The notes: generated by a model from the sequence alone, not told the origin. A DNA stretch of 64,000 nt from an uncultured Aestuariivirga sp. (GCA_964392525.1 CAYMQH010000002.1:37992-101991), one strand, 5' to 3'. Positions 49,198 through 58,777 are shown, counted from the first letter of the stretch. Translations and numbers: made by a program.

Positions 49198-50154
49198 TCA
49201 AAGGTCCCGCGTGCCGTCGATGATCCGCTGGGCGGCCTGGCGCACGGCGTCCCGCGCTTCGCCGCTGAGGCCGTCGAGATCGACCTGGATGTCATAGCCG
49301 CCGCCGCGTTCGGAAATCACCCGTTCGGAATTGGCGGCCTCCGCATCGAGAACGCGGTAAAGGCGCACGGCAACGGGAAACCCCTTGAGCGTTGCGGGTT
49401 CGCGCTCGATCATCGGGAAGCGGTCATGCACCAGTGCCCATGTCGCGTGCGAGACAAGGATGCCATCCTTGTCGGCAAGGCCCTGAATGCGCGCGGTGAG
49501 ATTCATTTCGCCGCCGATGGCGGTGTAATCCATGCGCGAGGCACTGCCGAAATTGCCCACCGTGCAATAGCCGGTGTTGATGCCGATGCGGCAGTGGAAC
49601 GGCCGCTCGATGCCGCGCGCGGCCCATTTCCTGCGAAGTCCGCGCAGGCTGCGCTGGATGTCGATCGCCATTTCAACGCAGCGGATCGCATCTTCCTGCT
49701 CGCCTGCCGTTTCAGGATCCCCGAAGAAGGCCACGACGGCATCGCCGATGTACTTGTTCACCGTGGCCCCATGGCGGCGGGCGATGTCCGTCACTTCCGT
49801 CAGATATTCGTTGAGAAGGTCGGCGAGTTCCTCGGGCTCGATGCTGTCGGTGATGGTGGTGAAGCCGATGATGTCGGAGAAGAAGATCGTCAGCTTCTTG
49901 CGCACCGCCTGAATCTCGACATTCCGCGCGCCCGAAAAGATTGCGGCGAAAACCTGGGGTTCGAGATAGAGCGAAAGCTTTTGCGAAAGGCGCTGCAGTT
50001 CGAGGTTCTTCTGGGCAAGCTGCTCCTCGATCGCCTCACTGTGCTCGATCGTTGCTTCGTAGAGCATTCTTGCGTCCTGCAGTTCGTCTCGAAGCTGCTG
50101 AAGGGCGCCGGTGTGATCCACACCCGTGCCGCCGTTTTCATCCACAGTGGTCAT
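49198..50154 (-). CDS. class III adenylate cyclase with N-terminal coiled coil
   Basis: FSDIIGFT, KYIGDAV, IGINTG, DYTAIG..NLTAR. Confidence 0.9.
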   Translation of the reverse strand: MTTVDENGGTGVDHTGALQQLRDELQDARMLYEATIEHSEAIEEQLAQKNLELQRLSQKLSLYLEPQVFAAIFSGARNVEIQAVRKKLTIFFSDIIGFTTITDSIEPEELADLLNEYLTEVTDIARRHGATVNKYIGDAVVAFFGDPETAGEQEDAIRCVEMAIDIQRSLRGLRRKWAARGIERPFHCRIGINTGYCTVGNFGSASRMDYTAIGGEMNLTARIQGLADKDGILVSHATWALVHDRFPMIEREPATLKGFPVAVRLYRVLDAEAANSERVISERGGGYDIQVDLDGLSGEARDAVRQAAQRIIDGTRDL

Positions 50155-50164
50155 GGAACGTGCC

Positions 50165-50542
50165 TCAGTAAGCGGCCACGATGCCGGCGATGAGAAGATA
50201 GGACAGTTGGTGCAGCATCTGGTCGAGCCCCACCAGCCACCAGAAGGGCGTGTCGGTGGGCGTCCAGCCCTTGGCGTGGTTCAGCCGGTCCTTCGCCCAG
50301 TCGAGATGATAGTGGAACAGGAATTCGCCGGTCATGATCAAGACGGTCATGCCCCATGGGACACCCGCCACCAGCAGGATGGGAAGCGTCAGCGCAACGT
50401 GAACGCCGGCGTGAAGCAGGCCGCCGGGGTGGCCCCATATACGCCGGTGGGCGAGAATGTACTGATTCTGGAATACATAATCTCCCATGAAGTGCTTGAC
50501 CTGGAAGGCAGCAAGTAAAAGTAGAAGCTCGTTATTTGACAC
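50165..50542 (-). CDS. DUF3307 membrane protein
   Basis: KHFMGDYVFQ, HAGVH, HYHLDWAK, GLDQMLH; GTG start inferred. Confidence 0.8.
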   Translation of the reverse strand: MSNNELLLLLAAFQVKHFMGDYVFQNQYILAHRRIWGHPGGLLHAGVHVALTLPILLVAGVPWGMTVLIMTGEFLFHYHLDWAKDRLNHAKGWTPTDTPFWWLVGLDQMLHQLSYLLIAGIVAAY

Positions 50543-50712
50543 GTTGAGATGTTCCGCCGGACCAATTGCCCGGAACCCTAGGCAGCGCGGCGTGCCGGGG
50601 TCAAGCGGAGCTTGCGGGCTTGCTCTTGCCAACTCTCTTGCATGGGCGGGTGATTTCCGTTGCGCGGGGACTTGCGCTAGAAACCTATGCCATGGGTTGG
50701 AGAGACATCAAC

Positions 50713-51324
50713 ATGAACCGCCGCAAGCCGCGCCAGAGCTTCGCGGTGGTTCCCCTTGAGGGCGATGGCGATGCGCATTCGGCTGTGCTGCGCAAGGCGG
50801 CGCGCGCCGCTGTTGCGTCTTGCGCCAGCCAGTGGCCCGCGAAAGACGCCATGGCGCTCTCGCCCCAGGGCCTCGCCTTTGCGGCTGGCTATCTCGCAGG
50901 TTTCGCACGCCATCAGGGGTTGAAGCATGGCGTAGATGCCGAACAGGACATGGCTGCACTTACCAGTATTCTTCTGGCGGAGGCGCCGGAAGATTTGCGT
51001 GCGTCCCTCGCGGCACTCGCCTTTTCGCCGCGCGCCTCCCTCTCCGCCCGGGCCGCGCTTGGGGCAGCCGGAGCGCCCGCCGATGCGGGCTATCTCGCCG
51101 GCCATCTCGAATCGCTGTGCGGCAGCCGCAGGTTGCTGGGCGTTGCGGCGCAGCTCTGGGGGGAGGCGGGGGCCACCGAAGCCTATCTGACTGCCTGCGA
51201 TACCGCGGCCGACCGGATGCAGACCCATCTTCCCACCGCCAGCCTGAGGTTCGATGAGGCAGAGCGCGCCGTGATCAGCGCCGCGTTCAGCCCTTGGGCG
51301 GGATCACGCCCTTCTTCAGGATGA
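50713..51324 (+). CDS. Ala-rich hypothetical protein
   Basis: ATG behind GGAGA; fills the gap between known genes; no family recognised. Confidence 0.55.
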   Translation: MNRRKPRQSFAVVPLEGDGDAHSAVLRKAARAAVASCASQWPAKDAMALSPQGLAFAAGYLAGFARHQGLKHGVDAEQDMAALTSILLAEAPEDLRASLAALAFSPRASLSARAALGAAGAPADAGYLAGHLESLCGSRRLLGVAAQLWGEAGATEAYLTACDTAADRMQTHLPTASLRFDEAERAVISAAFSPWAGSRPSSG

Positions 51325-51739
51325 AGCAGCCGTAGAAACGCGTCTCGCCCGTCACGATGACGGCATAGGCATCCCTGGCTTTCTCGTAGAAGGCGAAGCG
51401 CTCGACCGAGCCCATGGGCCAGGGCTTGCCCTCCCGCGTGTCAATCACCGCCTGAACCTCCTGCTGCACCGGGGGAATTTCGGCGGGCTTTCCGACGATC
51501 TCCATGCGCGAGGCGGGAGCATCCACGAAGCTGTCGAGCGGCATGACGGAGAGAATGGCGTCGATCGCCTCTGCCGCCGTCAGATTGTCCATGCGCAGCA
51601 ACTCGCCCGTGACCGTATGGCGGGCCACTGAATCGGCCGGAAAATTCGTATCGCAGATGACCAGGTCGTCGCCGTGGCCCATGGCACGGAGACAGCGGAT
51701 CACATCCGCATTGAGGCGGTTGTCGAAGTTGCGCAGCAT
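51287..51739 (-). CDS. RbsD/FucU family sugar mutarotase
   Basis: LRAMGHGDDLVICDTNFP, ERFAFYE, TGETRFYG. Confidence 0.88.
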   Translation of the reverse strand: MLRNFDNRLNADVIRCLRAMGHGDDLVICDTNFPADSVARHTVTGELLRMDNLTAAEAIDAILSVMPLDSFVDAPASRMEIVGKPAEIPPVQQEVQAVIDTREGKPWPMGSVERFAFYEKARDAYAVIVTGETRFYGCFILKKGVIPPKG

Positions 51740-51799
51740 GGCATGTCCTCCCAGAACGTGAGGGAAGGCTAGTGGGATGGTTCCCCAAGTCAAGCAGGC

Positions 51800-52240
51800 T
51801 CAGTAGCCCTCGGGCTTTCCCGGCACCTTCACCAGCGCTTCGCCTTCCAGCACCAGCGTACTGCCCACCGCGCAGCGGCAGGCGAGTTTCACGCGGCGGC
51901 CCTTCTCCACGAGTTCAACCACCTCGACCGTTGCCTCCACCTGATCGCCGATCCGCACAGGCGCGCGGAAATTCAGCGTCTGCGACATGTAGACCGCGCC
52001 GGGCCCCGGCAGCCTGGTGCCGATCACGGCGGAGATGAGGCTGGCGGTATAGAGGCCATGCGCGATCCGCCCGCCGAACGGCGTTGAGGCGGCGAAATGC
52101 TCGGAAAGGTGAATGGGGTTCCGGTCGCCGGAGATTTCGGCAAAGCCGACCACATCGGAGGATTTCACCTCCTTCACATAGGTTTCGGTCATGCCAATGG
52201 AGAGGTCTTCGAAGTAGAGGGTCTGGGTCGGCGGAAGCAT
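51800..52240 (-). CDS. MaoC-family (R)-specific enoyl-CoA hydratase
   Basis: FAEISGDRNPIH, RIAHG, LPGPG. Confidence 0.9.
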   Translation of the reverse strand: MLPPTQTLYFEDLSIGMTETYVKEVKSSDVVGFAEISGDRNPIHLSEHFAASTPFGGRIAHGLYTASLISAVIGTRLPGPGAVYMSQTLNFRAPVRIGDQVEATVEVVELVEKGRRVKLACRCAVGSTLVLEGEALVKVPGKPEGY

Positions 52241-52263
52241 GGCACCTCAGGCTGCAAAAGGTC

Positions 52264-52476
52264 CTAACGGCCCGTATGTATGCCGAACATGTTGAGGAGA
52301 TGCACCAGCGCCAATAGTCCAATGAAGGCGGTCAGCACGATGACGGGCGTGGTGGGGAGGAGGCTGGGCGTCAGCTGTGTCTTCGGCCGCCGCTCAACCC
52401 GGACGAGAAAGCCGATGGCGGCCAGACAGGCCAGCAGAACGGCAAGGGTGATCCACAATTCGGTGGTGTCTGACAT
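52264..52476 (-). CDS. small two-TM membrane protein
   Basis: two hydrophobic helices; co-oriented with maoC. Confidence 0.6.
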   Translation of the reverse strand: MSDTTELWITLAVLLACLAAIGFLVRVERRPKTQLTPSLLPTTPVIVLTAFIGLLALVHLLNMFGIHTGR

Positions 52477-52508
52477 GTCGAAGGGCGGGAAATCGGCAGG
52501 TAGATTGG

Positions 52509-52537
52509 TTGACAGGTCAGGGGCACCCCGCTAATGA
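52509..52537 (+). promoter_or_regulatory. putative sigma-70 promoter of rpmJ
   Basis: TTGACA-N17-TAATGA. Confidence 0.5.
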
Positions 52538-52606
52538 ACCCGCCAACGTTCAACAGGTGGGCTGGAGCTTCAGAGCTTCCTCTGCCTGAAATATCAGGTG
52601 AAGTCC

Positions 52607-52732
52607 ATGAAAGTCCGCAATTCTCTCAAGTCCCTCCTGAAGCGCCACCGCGACAACCGCATGGTGCGCCGCAAGGGCCGTATCTACATCATCAACAAGA
52701 CCAATCCGCGCTTCAAGGCGCGCCAGGGCTGA
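52607..52732 (+). CDS. rpmJ: 50S ribosomal protein bL36, zinc-free type B
   Basis: hand translation [41 protein letters not shown]; below the ORF-track length cutoff. Confidence 0.96.
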   Translation: MKVRNSLKSLLKRHRDNRMVRRKGRIYIINKTNPRFKARQG

Positions 52733-52762
52733 ATTTTTCAGTATCCCTGACGAAGTTTTGAA

Positions 52763-52799
52763 CGCCGTGGACGGGATGACCGTCCACGGCGCTCTTTTT
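52763..52799 (+). terminator. intrinsic terminator after rpmJ
   Basis: CGCCGTGGACGG-N5-CCGTCCACGGCG followed by CTCTTTTT. Confidence 0.85.
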
Positions 52800-52830
52800 G
52801 TTGCCATGATGGCTGGTGTAGGATGTTTCC

Positions 52831-53454
52831 ATGCGCAGCCTTCTGTTTATCGTCAGCCTGATTGGTTTCAGCCTTCCCGCCGGGGCGGCGGAGATGCCTG
52901 ATGCGCCCGCCGTCGAAACCGGCGTGCTGCCCCCTCCGGCCAGTGCAGGGCCGCCGGAAAAGCCCCGGAAGCCGGCTGAACTGCGGGCGGACCAGCTCGA
53001 CACGTTGTTCGCGCATCTGCATCAGCCCGGCATCGCGCCGGGTCCCGTGGAGGCCAGGATCTGGGCCCTGTGGGGCGCCTCCGATTCGCCCACTGCGGAA
53101 GTCCTGCTGATCCAGGCCGATCGGGCAATCAACGACGGTGCCCCCGCCGAAGCCCTGGCGATCCTGAACCGCGTCATCGCCACCTATCCCGATTTCGCCG
53201 AAGCATGGAACAAGCGCGCCACGCTCTATTTCATGATGAAGCGCTATGATCAGTCGCTGGCCGACATCGACAAGGTGCTGGATCTCGAACCCCGCCATTT
53301 CGGTGCACTGGCCGGCAAGGGCCTGATCCTCGAGCGCCAGAAGAAATACAGCCAGGCCCGTGCCGCCTATGAGGACGCGCTGGCCGTCAACCCCACGCTT
53401 GAGCAGGTCAAGGACGCCCTGAAGTCGCTCGATCGGCTGGAACAGGGAATTTAG
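52831..53454 (+). CDS. exported tetratricopeptide-repeat protein
   Basis: signal peptide; AEAWNKRATLYF, LDLEPRHFGALAG TPR pattern. Confidence 0.85.
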   Translation: MRSLLFIVSLIGFSLPAGAAEMPDAPAVETGVLPPPASAGPPEKPRKPAELRADQLDTLFAHLHQPGIAPGPVEARIWALWGASDSPTAEVLLIQADRAINDGAPAEALAILNRVIATYPDFAEAWNKRATLYFMMKRYDQSLADIDKVLDLEPRHFGALAGKGLILERQKKYSQARAAYEDALAVNPTLEQVKDALKSLDRLEQGI

Positions 53455-53635
53455 CGTCTGAGGACGCGGATGCCTTCGGCGCAATCAGGCATTCACCCCG
53501 TCCGTCACCCATCAGGCGCGGTCCGGCAGTCGGGCTTCACGACCAGGCATTTCCAACGAAACTCAATACCGGCGGCCACCGCCGGATAGGATGTCCGCCG
53601 TCCGTGGATGGGCGGAACCGTCCTGAACCTGAGCC

Positions 53636-55072
53636 TCAGTGGCCCACCGTGCCGCCCTTGCCGACATAGGCGATGCGGATCATGTTGGTAGCGCCCGGCG
53701 TGCCGAGCGGCAGGCCGGCGGTGATGATGATGCGCTGGCCCTGATCGGCGAAGCCCTCGTCAACCGCGATTCGCGCGGCGCGCGTCACCATGTCGTCAAG
53801 GTCGCGGGCGTCATCGGTCAGCACACAGTGCAGGCCCCAGACGAGGGCGAGGCGGCGCGCCGTGGCCGGAATGGGGGTCAGTGCGATGACCGGCGTATCC
53901 GGCCGCTCCCGCGACATGCGCAAGCCGGTGGAGCCCGAGCCCGTGTAGCAGACGATGGCCGACAGCTTCAGCGTTTCCGAGATCGAGCGCGCCGCGGAGG
54001 AAATCGCATCGGCGCTGGTCGGCTCTGGCTCATAGCGCTGCGCGGTGATGATGCCGCGGTAAAGCGAGTCGCGCTCCACGGCGTGGGCGATGCGGTCCAT
54101 CGTCGCCACGGCCTTGTCGGGCCAGGCGCCGGTGGCGCTTTCGGCCGACAGCATGATGGCGTCAGCACCCTCGTAAACGGCGGTTGCCACATCGGAGACT
54201 TCGGCGCGCGTCGGCACGGGATCGACGATCATGGATTCCAGCATCTGGGTCGCCACGATCACCGGCTTGCCCATGCGGCGGGCGGCGCGCGTGATCTGTT
54301 TCTGCCGCGCCGGAACGGTCTCAAGCGGCAGTTCGACGCCAAGGTCGCCGCGCGCCACCATCAGGCCGTCAGCGATTTCGAGGATCTCATCCAGAACCGT
54401 CAGAGCGGCCGGCTTCTCGATCTTGGCCATCACGCCGGCGCGGCCCGCCACCAGCTTGCGGGCCTCGGCCACGTCATCGGCGCGCTGCACGAAGGAGAGC
54501 GCGATCCAGTCCACGCCGATTGCTGCGGCGGCTTCAAGGTCGGCCCGGTCCTTCTCGGTCAGGGCCGGAATGGGGATCACCGTATCAGGCAGGTTCACGC
54601 CCTTGCGGTCGGACAGCGTACCCCCGAAAATCACCTTGGTGGTCAACCGGTTGGCCTCCGCCTTGACGATCTCGACGCGCAGACGCCCATCGTTCAGCAG
54701 CAGATTGTCGCCAAGCTGGGCGGAGGCGAAGATTTCGGGATGCGGCAGGTAAACGCGCGTTTCATCGCCCGGCGTCTTGTCGGCATCGAAGACGAACATA
54801 TCGCCCGGCGCGATCTTCGCTTCCTTGTTCTTGAACGTACCGATGCGGATCTTCGGGCCCTGCAGGTCGGCCAGGATGCCGATGGGGCGTTTCAGCTTCG
54901 CTTCGACCGCCCGGATATCGTGGTGGAGCTGCCGCAGCAGGTCGTGCTGGGTGTGGCTCATGTTGATTCGGAACACATCCACCCCTGCAAGGAAGAGCTT
55001 TTCCAGCATGTCGGGGGAGGACGAAGCTGGACCCAGCGTCGCCACGATCTTCACATTTCGGTTACGGCGCAT
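53636..55072 (-). CDS. pyk: pyruvate kinase
   Basis: KIVATLGPAS, RINMSH, DLQGPK, MAKIE, MVARGDLG, ATQMLESM; TAATG overlap with DUF1036. Confidence 0.96.
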   Translation of the reverse strand: MRRNRNVKIVATLGPASSSPDMLEKLFLAGVDVFRINMSHTQHDLLRQLHHDIRAVEAKLKRPIGILADLQGPKIRIGTFKNKEAKIAPGDMFVFDADKTPGDETRVYLPHPEIFASAQLGDNLLLNDGRLRVEIVKAEANRLTTKVIFGGTLSDRKGVNLPDTVIPIPALTEKDRADLEAAAAIGVDWIALSFVQRADDVAEARKLVAGRAGVMAKIEKPAALTVLDEILEIADGLMVARGDLGVELPLETVPARQKQITRAARRMGKPVIVATQMLESMIVDPVPTRAEVSDVATAVYEGADAIMLSAESATGAWPDKAVATMDRIAHAVERDSLYRGIITAQRYEPEPTSADAISSAARSISETLKLSAIVCYTGSGSTGLRMSRERPDTPVIALTPIPATARRLALVWGLHCVLTDDARDLDDMVTRAARIAVDEGFADQGQRIIITAGLPLGTPGATNMIRIAYVGKGGTVGH

Positions 55073-55500
55073 TACTGTCCTTGCGTGGTCTTTTCGCCGG
55101 AGAGCGAGACCGTCCAGTCCTTTTCCTCGCCCGTGTCCACCTCGAAGAACCCGGTCTTGGTGTAGCCGCGTCCCTCGCAATCCTCGAAGCCACGGATGGT
55201 GAATACCTTGTCGCGGGTGCACATGATGGACTTGCCACCCCATGAGCCGCCCTTGTCATAGTCGACGGCGAAAATATAGTAGAAGCGCGCGATCAGGTCG
55301 CCCTTCAGAAGCGGCATGCATTTCTGAGGCTCCACCGTCCACCAGCCTTCGGTGGCCCAGCCCTCCTTGTCCTTGTAGCCGAGCGCCACGCCCACCCGGC
55401 TCTCTGTCTTGTTGCAGAGCTTGAGGTCCGCCTGAGCCGGCGACGCCAGCAAGCCGGTCATCACGAGCGCGCCTGCCGCGAGCGTTACTTTGCGAAGCAT
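55072..55500 (-). CDS. DUF1036 exported protein
   Basis: signal peptide, LKLCNKT..GVALGY..EGWW, RYY; conserved position upstream of pyk. Confidence 0.85.
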   Translation of the reverse strand: MLRKVTLAAGALVMTGLLASPAQADLKLCNKTESRVGVALGYKDKEGWATEGWWTVEPQKCMPLLKGDLIARFYYIFAVDYDKGGSWGGKSIMCTRDKVFTIRGFEDCEGRGYTKTGFFEVDTGEEKDWTVSLSGEKTTQGQ

Positions 55501-55648
55501 TCTGCCGCCTCCGGATATGGTCCGCGAATCGTCCATAACATTCCTGCCTCAACAGGCCACGTCAACCCTCGGCGGCTTGTTCAAGCCCCCCCGGCTGCGC
55601 AGCGTAACTGGGTGACTGAGGGATTAGCCTCATCTATATGGCCAGTCC

Positions 55649-56413
55649 ATGGCAAAGATTTCGCAAAGCGTTGCTGGGGAAGACGCCTGTGAGACGGTGG
55701 ACGGCAGCCGGACCTCCCGGCTGGTTCTGCTCTGCGACCATGCCGCGAACCGGGTTCCGGCGGAGTATGGCGGCCTCGGCCTGCCGCCGGAACAGTTCGA
55801 ACGCCACATTGCCTATGATATCGGCGCGCGGGATCTGACGCTGGGCCTCGCCGATCGGCTGGGCGCCCACGCGGTCCTCTCGTGTTTTTCCCGCCTGGTG
55901 ATCGATCCGAACCGGGGCATGGACGATCCGACCCTGATCATGCGCATTTCCGATGGCGCGGCGGTGCCGGGCAACCGCGATGTGGACGAGGCCGAGCGCC
56001 AGCGCCGCATCCTCCGCTTCCATCAGCCTTACCACGCCGCCATCGCGCAGGCGGTGCGGCGGGTCGAGGCGGAAGGCCATGTGCCTTTCCTGGTCTCCAT
56101 CCATTCCTTCACCCCGGTTTGGCGCGGCTGGCCCAGGCCCTGGCAGGTGGGCATCCTGTGGGACCGTGACGAGGCGGTGGCCCGCGCCATGATCCGTGGT
56201 TTCCTCGCGCAGGGTGATCTTGTGGTCGGCGACAACGAGCCCTATCACGGGGCACTGGAGGGTGACACGCTCAACACCCATGGCACCCGGCCAGGTCTTC
56301 CCCATGCATTGATCGAGGTGCGCCAGGATCTGATCGCCACGAAAACAGGTGTGGATGAGTGGATCGGCCGGGTGGCGAAGGTGATTGAACCCATTATGTA
56401 TGATGACCGGTAA
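55649..56413 (+). CDS. N-formylglutamate amidohydrolase family protein
   Basis: CDHA, HIAYDIGA, SRLVIDPNR, SIHSFTP, NEPY, IEVRQD. Confidence 0.9.
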   Translation: MAKISQSVAGEDACETVDGSRTSRLVLLCDHAANRVPAEYGGLGLPPEQFERHIAYDIGARDLTLGLADRLGAHAVLSCFSRLVIDPNRGMDDPTLIMRISDGAAVPGNRDVDEAERQRRILRFHQPYHAAIAQAVRRVEAEGHVPFLVSIHSFTPVWRGWPRPWQVGILWDRDEAVARAMIRGFLAQGDLVVGDNEPYHGALEGDTLNTHGTRPGLPHALIEVRQDLIATKTGVDEWIGRVAKVIEPIMYDDR

Positions 56414-56442
56414 GGCGTCCGGGCACGCTGGAGTTGCAAGCC

Positions 56443-56742
56443 ATGAACATCGACGAAACGACCAGGACCGAACTCGAGGCTGCGGCGTTCCGCCGCCTGC
56501 TCGACCATCTGCGCAACCGCACCGATGTGCAGAACATCGACATGATGAACCTCGCGGGATTCTGCCGCAATTGCCTGTCCAACTGGTTCGAAGAGGCGGC
56601 CAAGACGCGTGGGCTCGCCGTTTCCCGTGACGAAGCGCGCCACATGGTCTATGGCATGCCTTATGAAGAGTGGAAGGCGAAGAACCAGAACGCCGCCACC
56701 GAAGACCAGAAGGCGAAATTCGCCCAGTCGCACAAGCATTAA
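56443..56742 (+). CDS. DUF1244 protein
   Basis: EAAAFRRLLDHL, QNIDMMNLAGFCRNCL, VYGMPY. Confidence 0.9.
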   Translation: MNIDETTRTELEAAAFRRLLDHLRNRTDVQNIDMMNLAGFCRNCLSNWFEEAAKTRGLAVSRDEARHMVYGMPYEEWKAKNQNAATEDQKAKFAQSHKH

Positions 56743-56760
56743 CCGCCGGATAAACGTATC

Positions 56761-57027
56761 ATGACCAAGACCACTTTCGCCCACGGGCAACTGAAGTCCA
56801 TCGTCGAGCGCATCGAGCGCCTCGAGGAGGAGAAGAAGGTCATCGCCGGTGACATCAAGGAAGTCTATGCCGAAGCCAAGGCCAATGGCTTCGACACAAA
56901 GATCCTGCGCAAGGTGATCAGCCTGCGCAAGAAGGAAGCGACCGAGCGTGAGGAAGAGCAATCCATGCTCGATGTCTACATGGCAGCGCTCGGCATGATC
57001 CCTGGCGAGTCGGAAGAGGCGGCCTGA
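56761..57027 (+). CDS. gapR: DUF2312 nucleoid-associated protein (GapR-like)
   Basis: [33 protein letters not shown]. Confidence 0.88.
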   Translation: MTKTTFAHGQLKSIVERIERLEEEKKVIAGDIKEVYAEAKANGFDTKILRKVISLRKKEATEREEEQSMLDVYMAALGMIPGESEEAA

Positions 57028-57059
57028 CACCGCCGCGCATCACGGGTTCAAACACATAA

Positions 57060-57083
57060 AAAGGGCCGCATCAGCGGCCCTTT
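57060..57083. terminator. bidirectional intrinsic terminator
   Basis: AAAGGGCCGC-ATCA-GCGGCCCTTT between convergent genes. Confidence 0.85.
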
Positions 57084-57108
57084 CTTCATTCGCCTGCTGG
57101 GCGGGCTG

Positions 57109-58629
57109 TCAGTTTCCCACACCTGCCGTCTGGCCGGGTGAACGCTGCTCAAGGAGGTTGCCTTTTCCGGCACGGTTGACGATCAGCATGTCGCCCTTGC
57201 CGGCGGCGCTGGCGGGAGCTGCGGCGGCCAGGCGTTGCATCTGCTGCAACGGTTCGGCCTGCGCATCGCTGATGCCCGGCAGGAGGCTGGCCGTGATGCT
57301 GTCGCTGAACTGCTGGGGTGCGCCATCGCGGCGCACCGCCTTGGCGGTATCGAACACGATCTGCTGCGGCCACCAATACATGTCGCTGCCGGCGGCCGAG
57401 GCGGTCATGGTCTGGATGGTCGGCACGTCTTCCGACATGCCATTGCGCAGTTCATCCGTCAGGCTGGTCTTGGCCGAAGCGTTGGACTCGAGCGACCCGG
57501 TTTCGGTCATCGTTTCGGCCGCCACGACGGTGCCGATCATGTTGCTGGCCAAAGGCGAGGCCGACTGGCGCGCCATCTGGTCAGGCGGCGGCGCGGAGGC
57601 CGGTTCGATCTTCATGTTCACGGCCGCCATCATCAGAACTTCGATGGGGCGCGGGCGCGGCTTTGGCGCCGGATAGCCCTGGGTGACCGCGGTGGACGCA
57701 TCGGCCACCAGTTCCTCTTCCGCGTCTCTTGCTTCCTCGACCGCGGGCTTCAGTTTCGGCTTCTGCGTCGGCACCGATGCATCCTCGCTCATGTCGGCGA
57801 GTTCGGCATCATCCTCGGTATAGGCGGTTTCGAGCGGAATCTGCTTCTTGCTCTTCTGCGAAGCCGCACTGCTGCCGCCTTCCTGCTGAGAGGGGAGGGC
57901 CGACGCCGAAGGATCGGCCATCGCAATCTCGACTTCGGGCACGGCCTTCATGCCCTTCTTGTTCACGCGTGCGCCCACCGTCTTGCGGTAGTCACGCATG
58001 ATCTTTGCCATCTGGGCCTGGCTGATGGCGGGGCCCCAGTGGCGCACGCGGCCGGAGTCGATGTGGACGAAACCCGTGGGACCGCCGCCAGAGCGGTAAT
58101 AGCCGACGCCGCCCACCTGGCGCACCAGCGCTGAGTTGCGGATCTTCACGGCCGGTACATCGGGGAAATAGAGATCGATGGCGCGGCCAACCATGTGCTG
58201 GCTCTTGCGCGCGACATTGCGGCCAACCTTCTTCAGGAAGGCATTGGTGCGCGGCGAGCGGTAGCCGGACACGATGTGGATGGGCGCCTTGGAACCAAGA
58301 TCGGCGTGGAGTTCCCACATGAGGTCGATCGTTCGCGGCGAAATGGTGATGACTTCGTTCCGCCGCCAGTCACGCAGGATGTAGTTGATCTTCTTCATGG
58401 CGGAGGGAATGTATTTCCCGCCCTTCATGTAAGTAACCGTGAGGCTTTCCTTGGTGTGGATCTGATAGATCGACAATGTGCGGGTTTCACCGCTGGAAAG
58501 GGCCGAGCCGTTCAGGCTGAAAAACGCACCCGCGCTGATCGCCGCAGCGGCAACGACGGAGAGTGCCGATTTTTTCCAACGTTGAATCACGGTGCGACGA
58601 TGTCCGGCTTCCCTGCAGTCCAAACTCAT
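57109..58629 (-). CDS. DUF882/YcbK peptidase-M15 protein with long C-terminal extension (start approximate)
   Basis: RDWRRN, VSGYRSP.TN, SQHMVGRAID, FVHIDSG. Confidence 0.85.
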   Translation of the reverse strand: MSLDCREAGHRRTVIQRWKKSALSVVAAAAISAGAFFSLNGSALSSGETRTLSIYQIHTKESLTVTYMKGGKYIPSAMKKINYILRDWRRNEVITISPRTIDLMWELHADLGSKAPIHIVSGYRSPRTNAFLKKVGRNVARKSQHMVGRAIDLYFPDVPAVKIRNSALVRQVGGVGYYRSGGGPTGFVHIDSGRVRHWGPAISQAQMAKIMRDYRKTVGARVNKKGMKAVPEVEIAMADPSASALPSQQEGGSSAASQKSKKQIPLETAYTEDDAELADMSEDASVPTQKPKLKPAVEEARDAEEELVADASTAVTQGYPAPKPRPRPIEVLMMAAVNMKIEPASAPPPDQMARQSASPLASNMIGTVVAAETMTETGSLESNASAKTSLTDELRNGMSEDVPTIQTMTASAAGSDMYWWPQQIVFDTAKAVRRDGAPQQFSDSITASLLPGISDAQAEPLQQMQRLAAAAPASAAGKGDMLIVNRAGKGNLLEQRSPGQTAGVGN

Positions 58630-58720
58630 ACCCCACTTACGACCGGATGTATCCGGTTCCTCTGGTATCCGTCCAGCTGCCAATCCCCTTCCCAGGCATC
58701 GGCTTACACTGAAAGCGCGT

Positions 58721-58735
58721 TTCAAACAAGATTAA
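58721..58735 (-). promoter_or_regulatory. near-consensus CtrA box
   Basis: minus strand TTAA-N7-TGAA. Confidence 0.4.
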
Positions 58736-58777
58736 GGCCACCATGAGGCGGACTTTTGAAAAGGTAAATGAGTATGT

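Noticed and set aside
49198-50154. Pycsar anti-phage pyrimidine cyclase
   Set aside because: The specificity residues look adenine-type and the partner is not a recognisable PycTM/PycTIR; kept only as a generic signalling finding
55649-56413. Treating this gene as the hutG partner of hutH
   Set aside because: It is 54 kb away and sits in the conserved pyk-DUF1244-GapR housekeeping block
57045-57052. GGTTCAAA resembling a tRNA T-loop
   Set aside because: No cloverleaf or acceptor stem can be formed in the roughly 30-nt gap before the terminator
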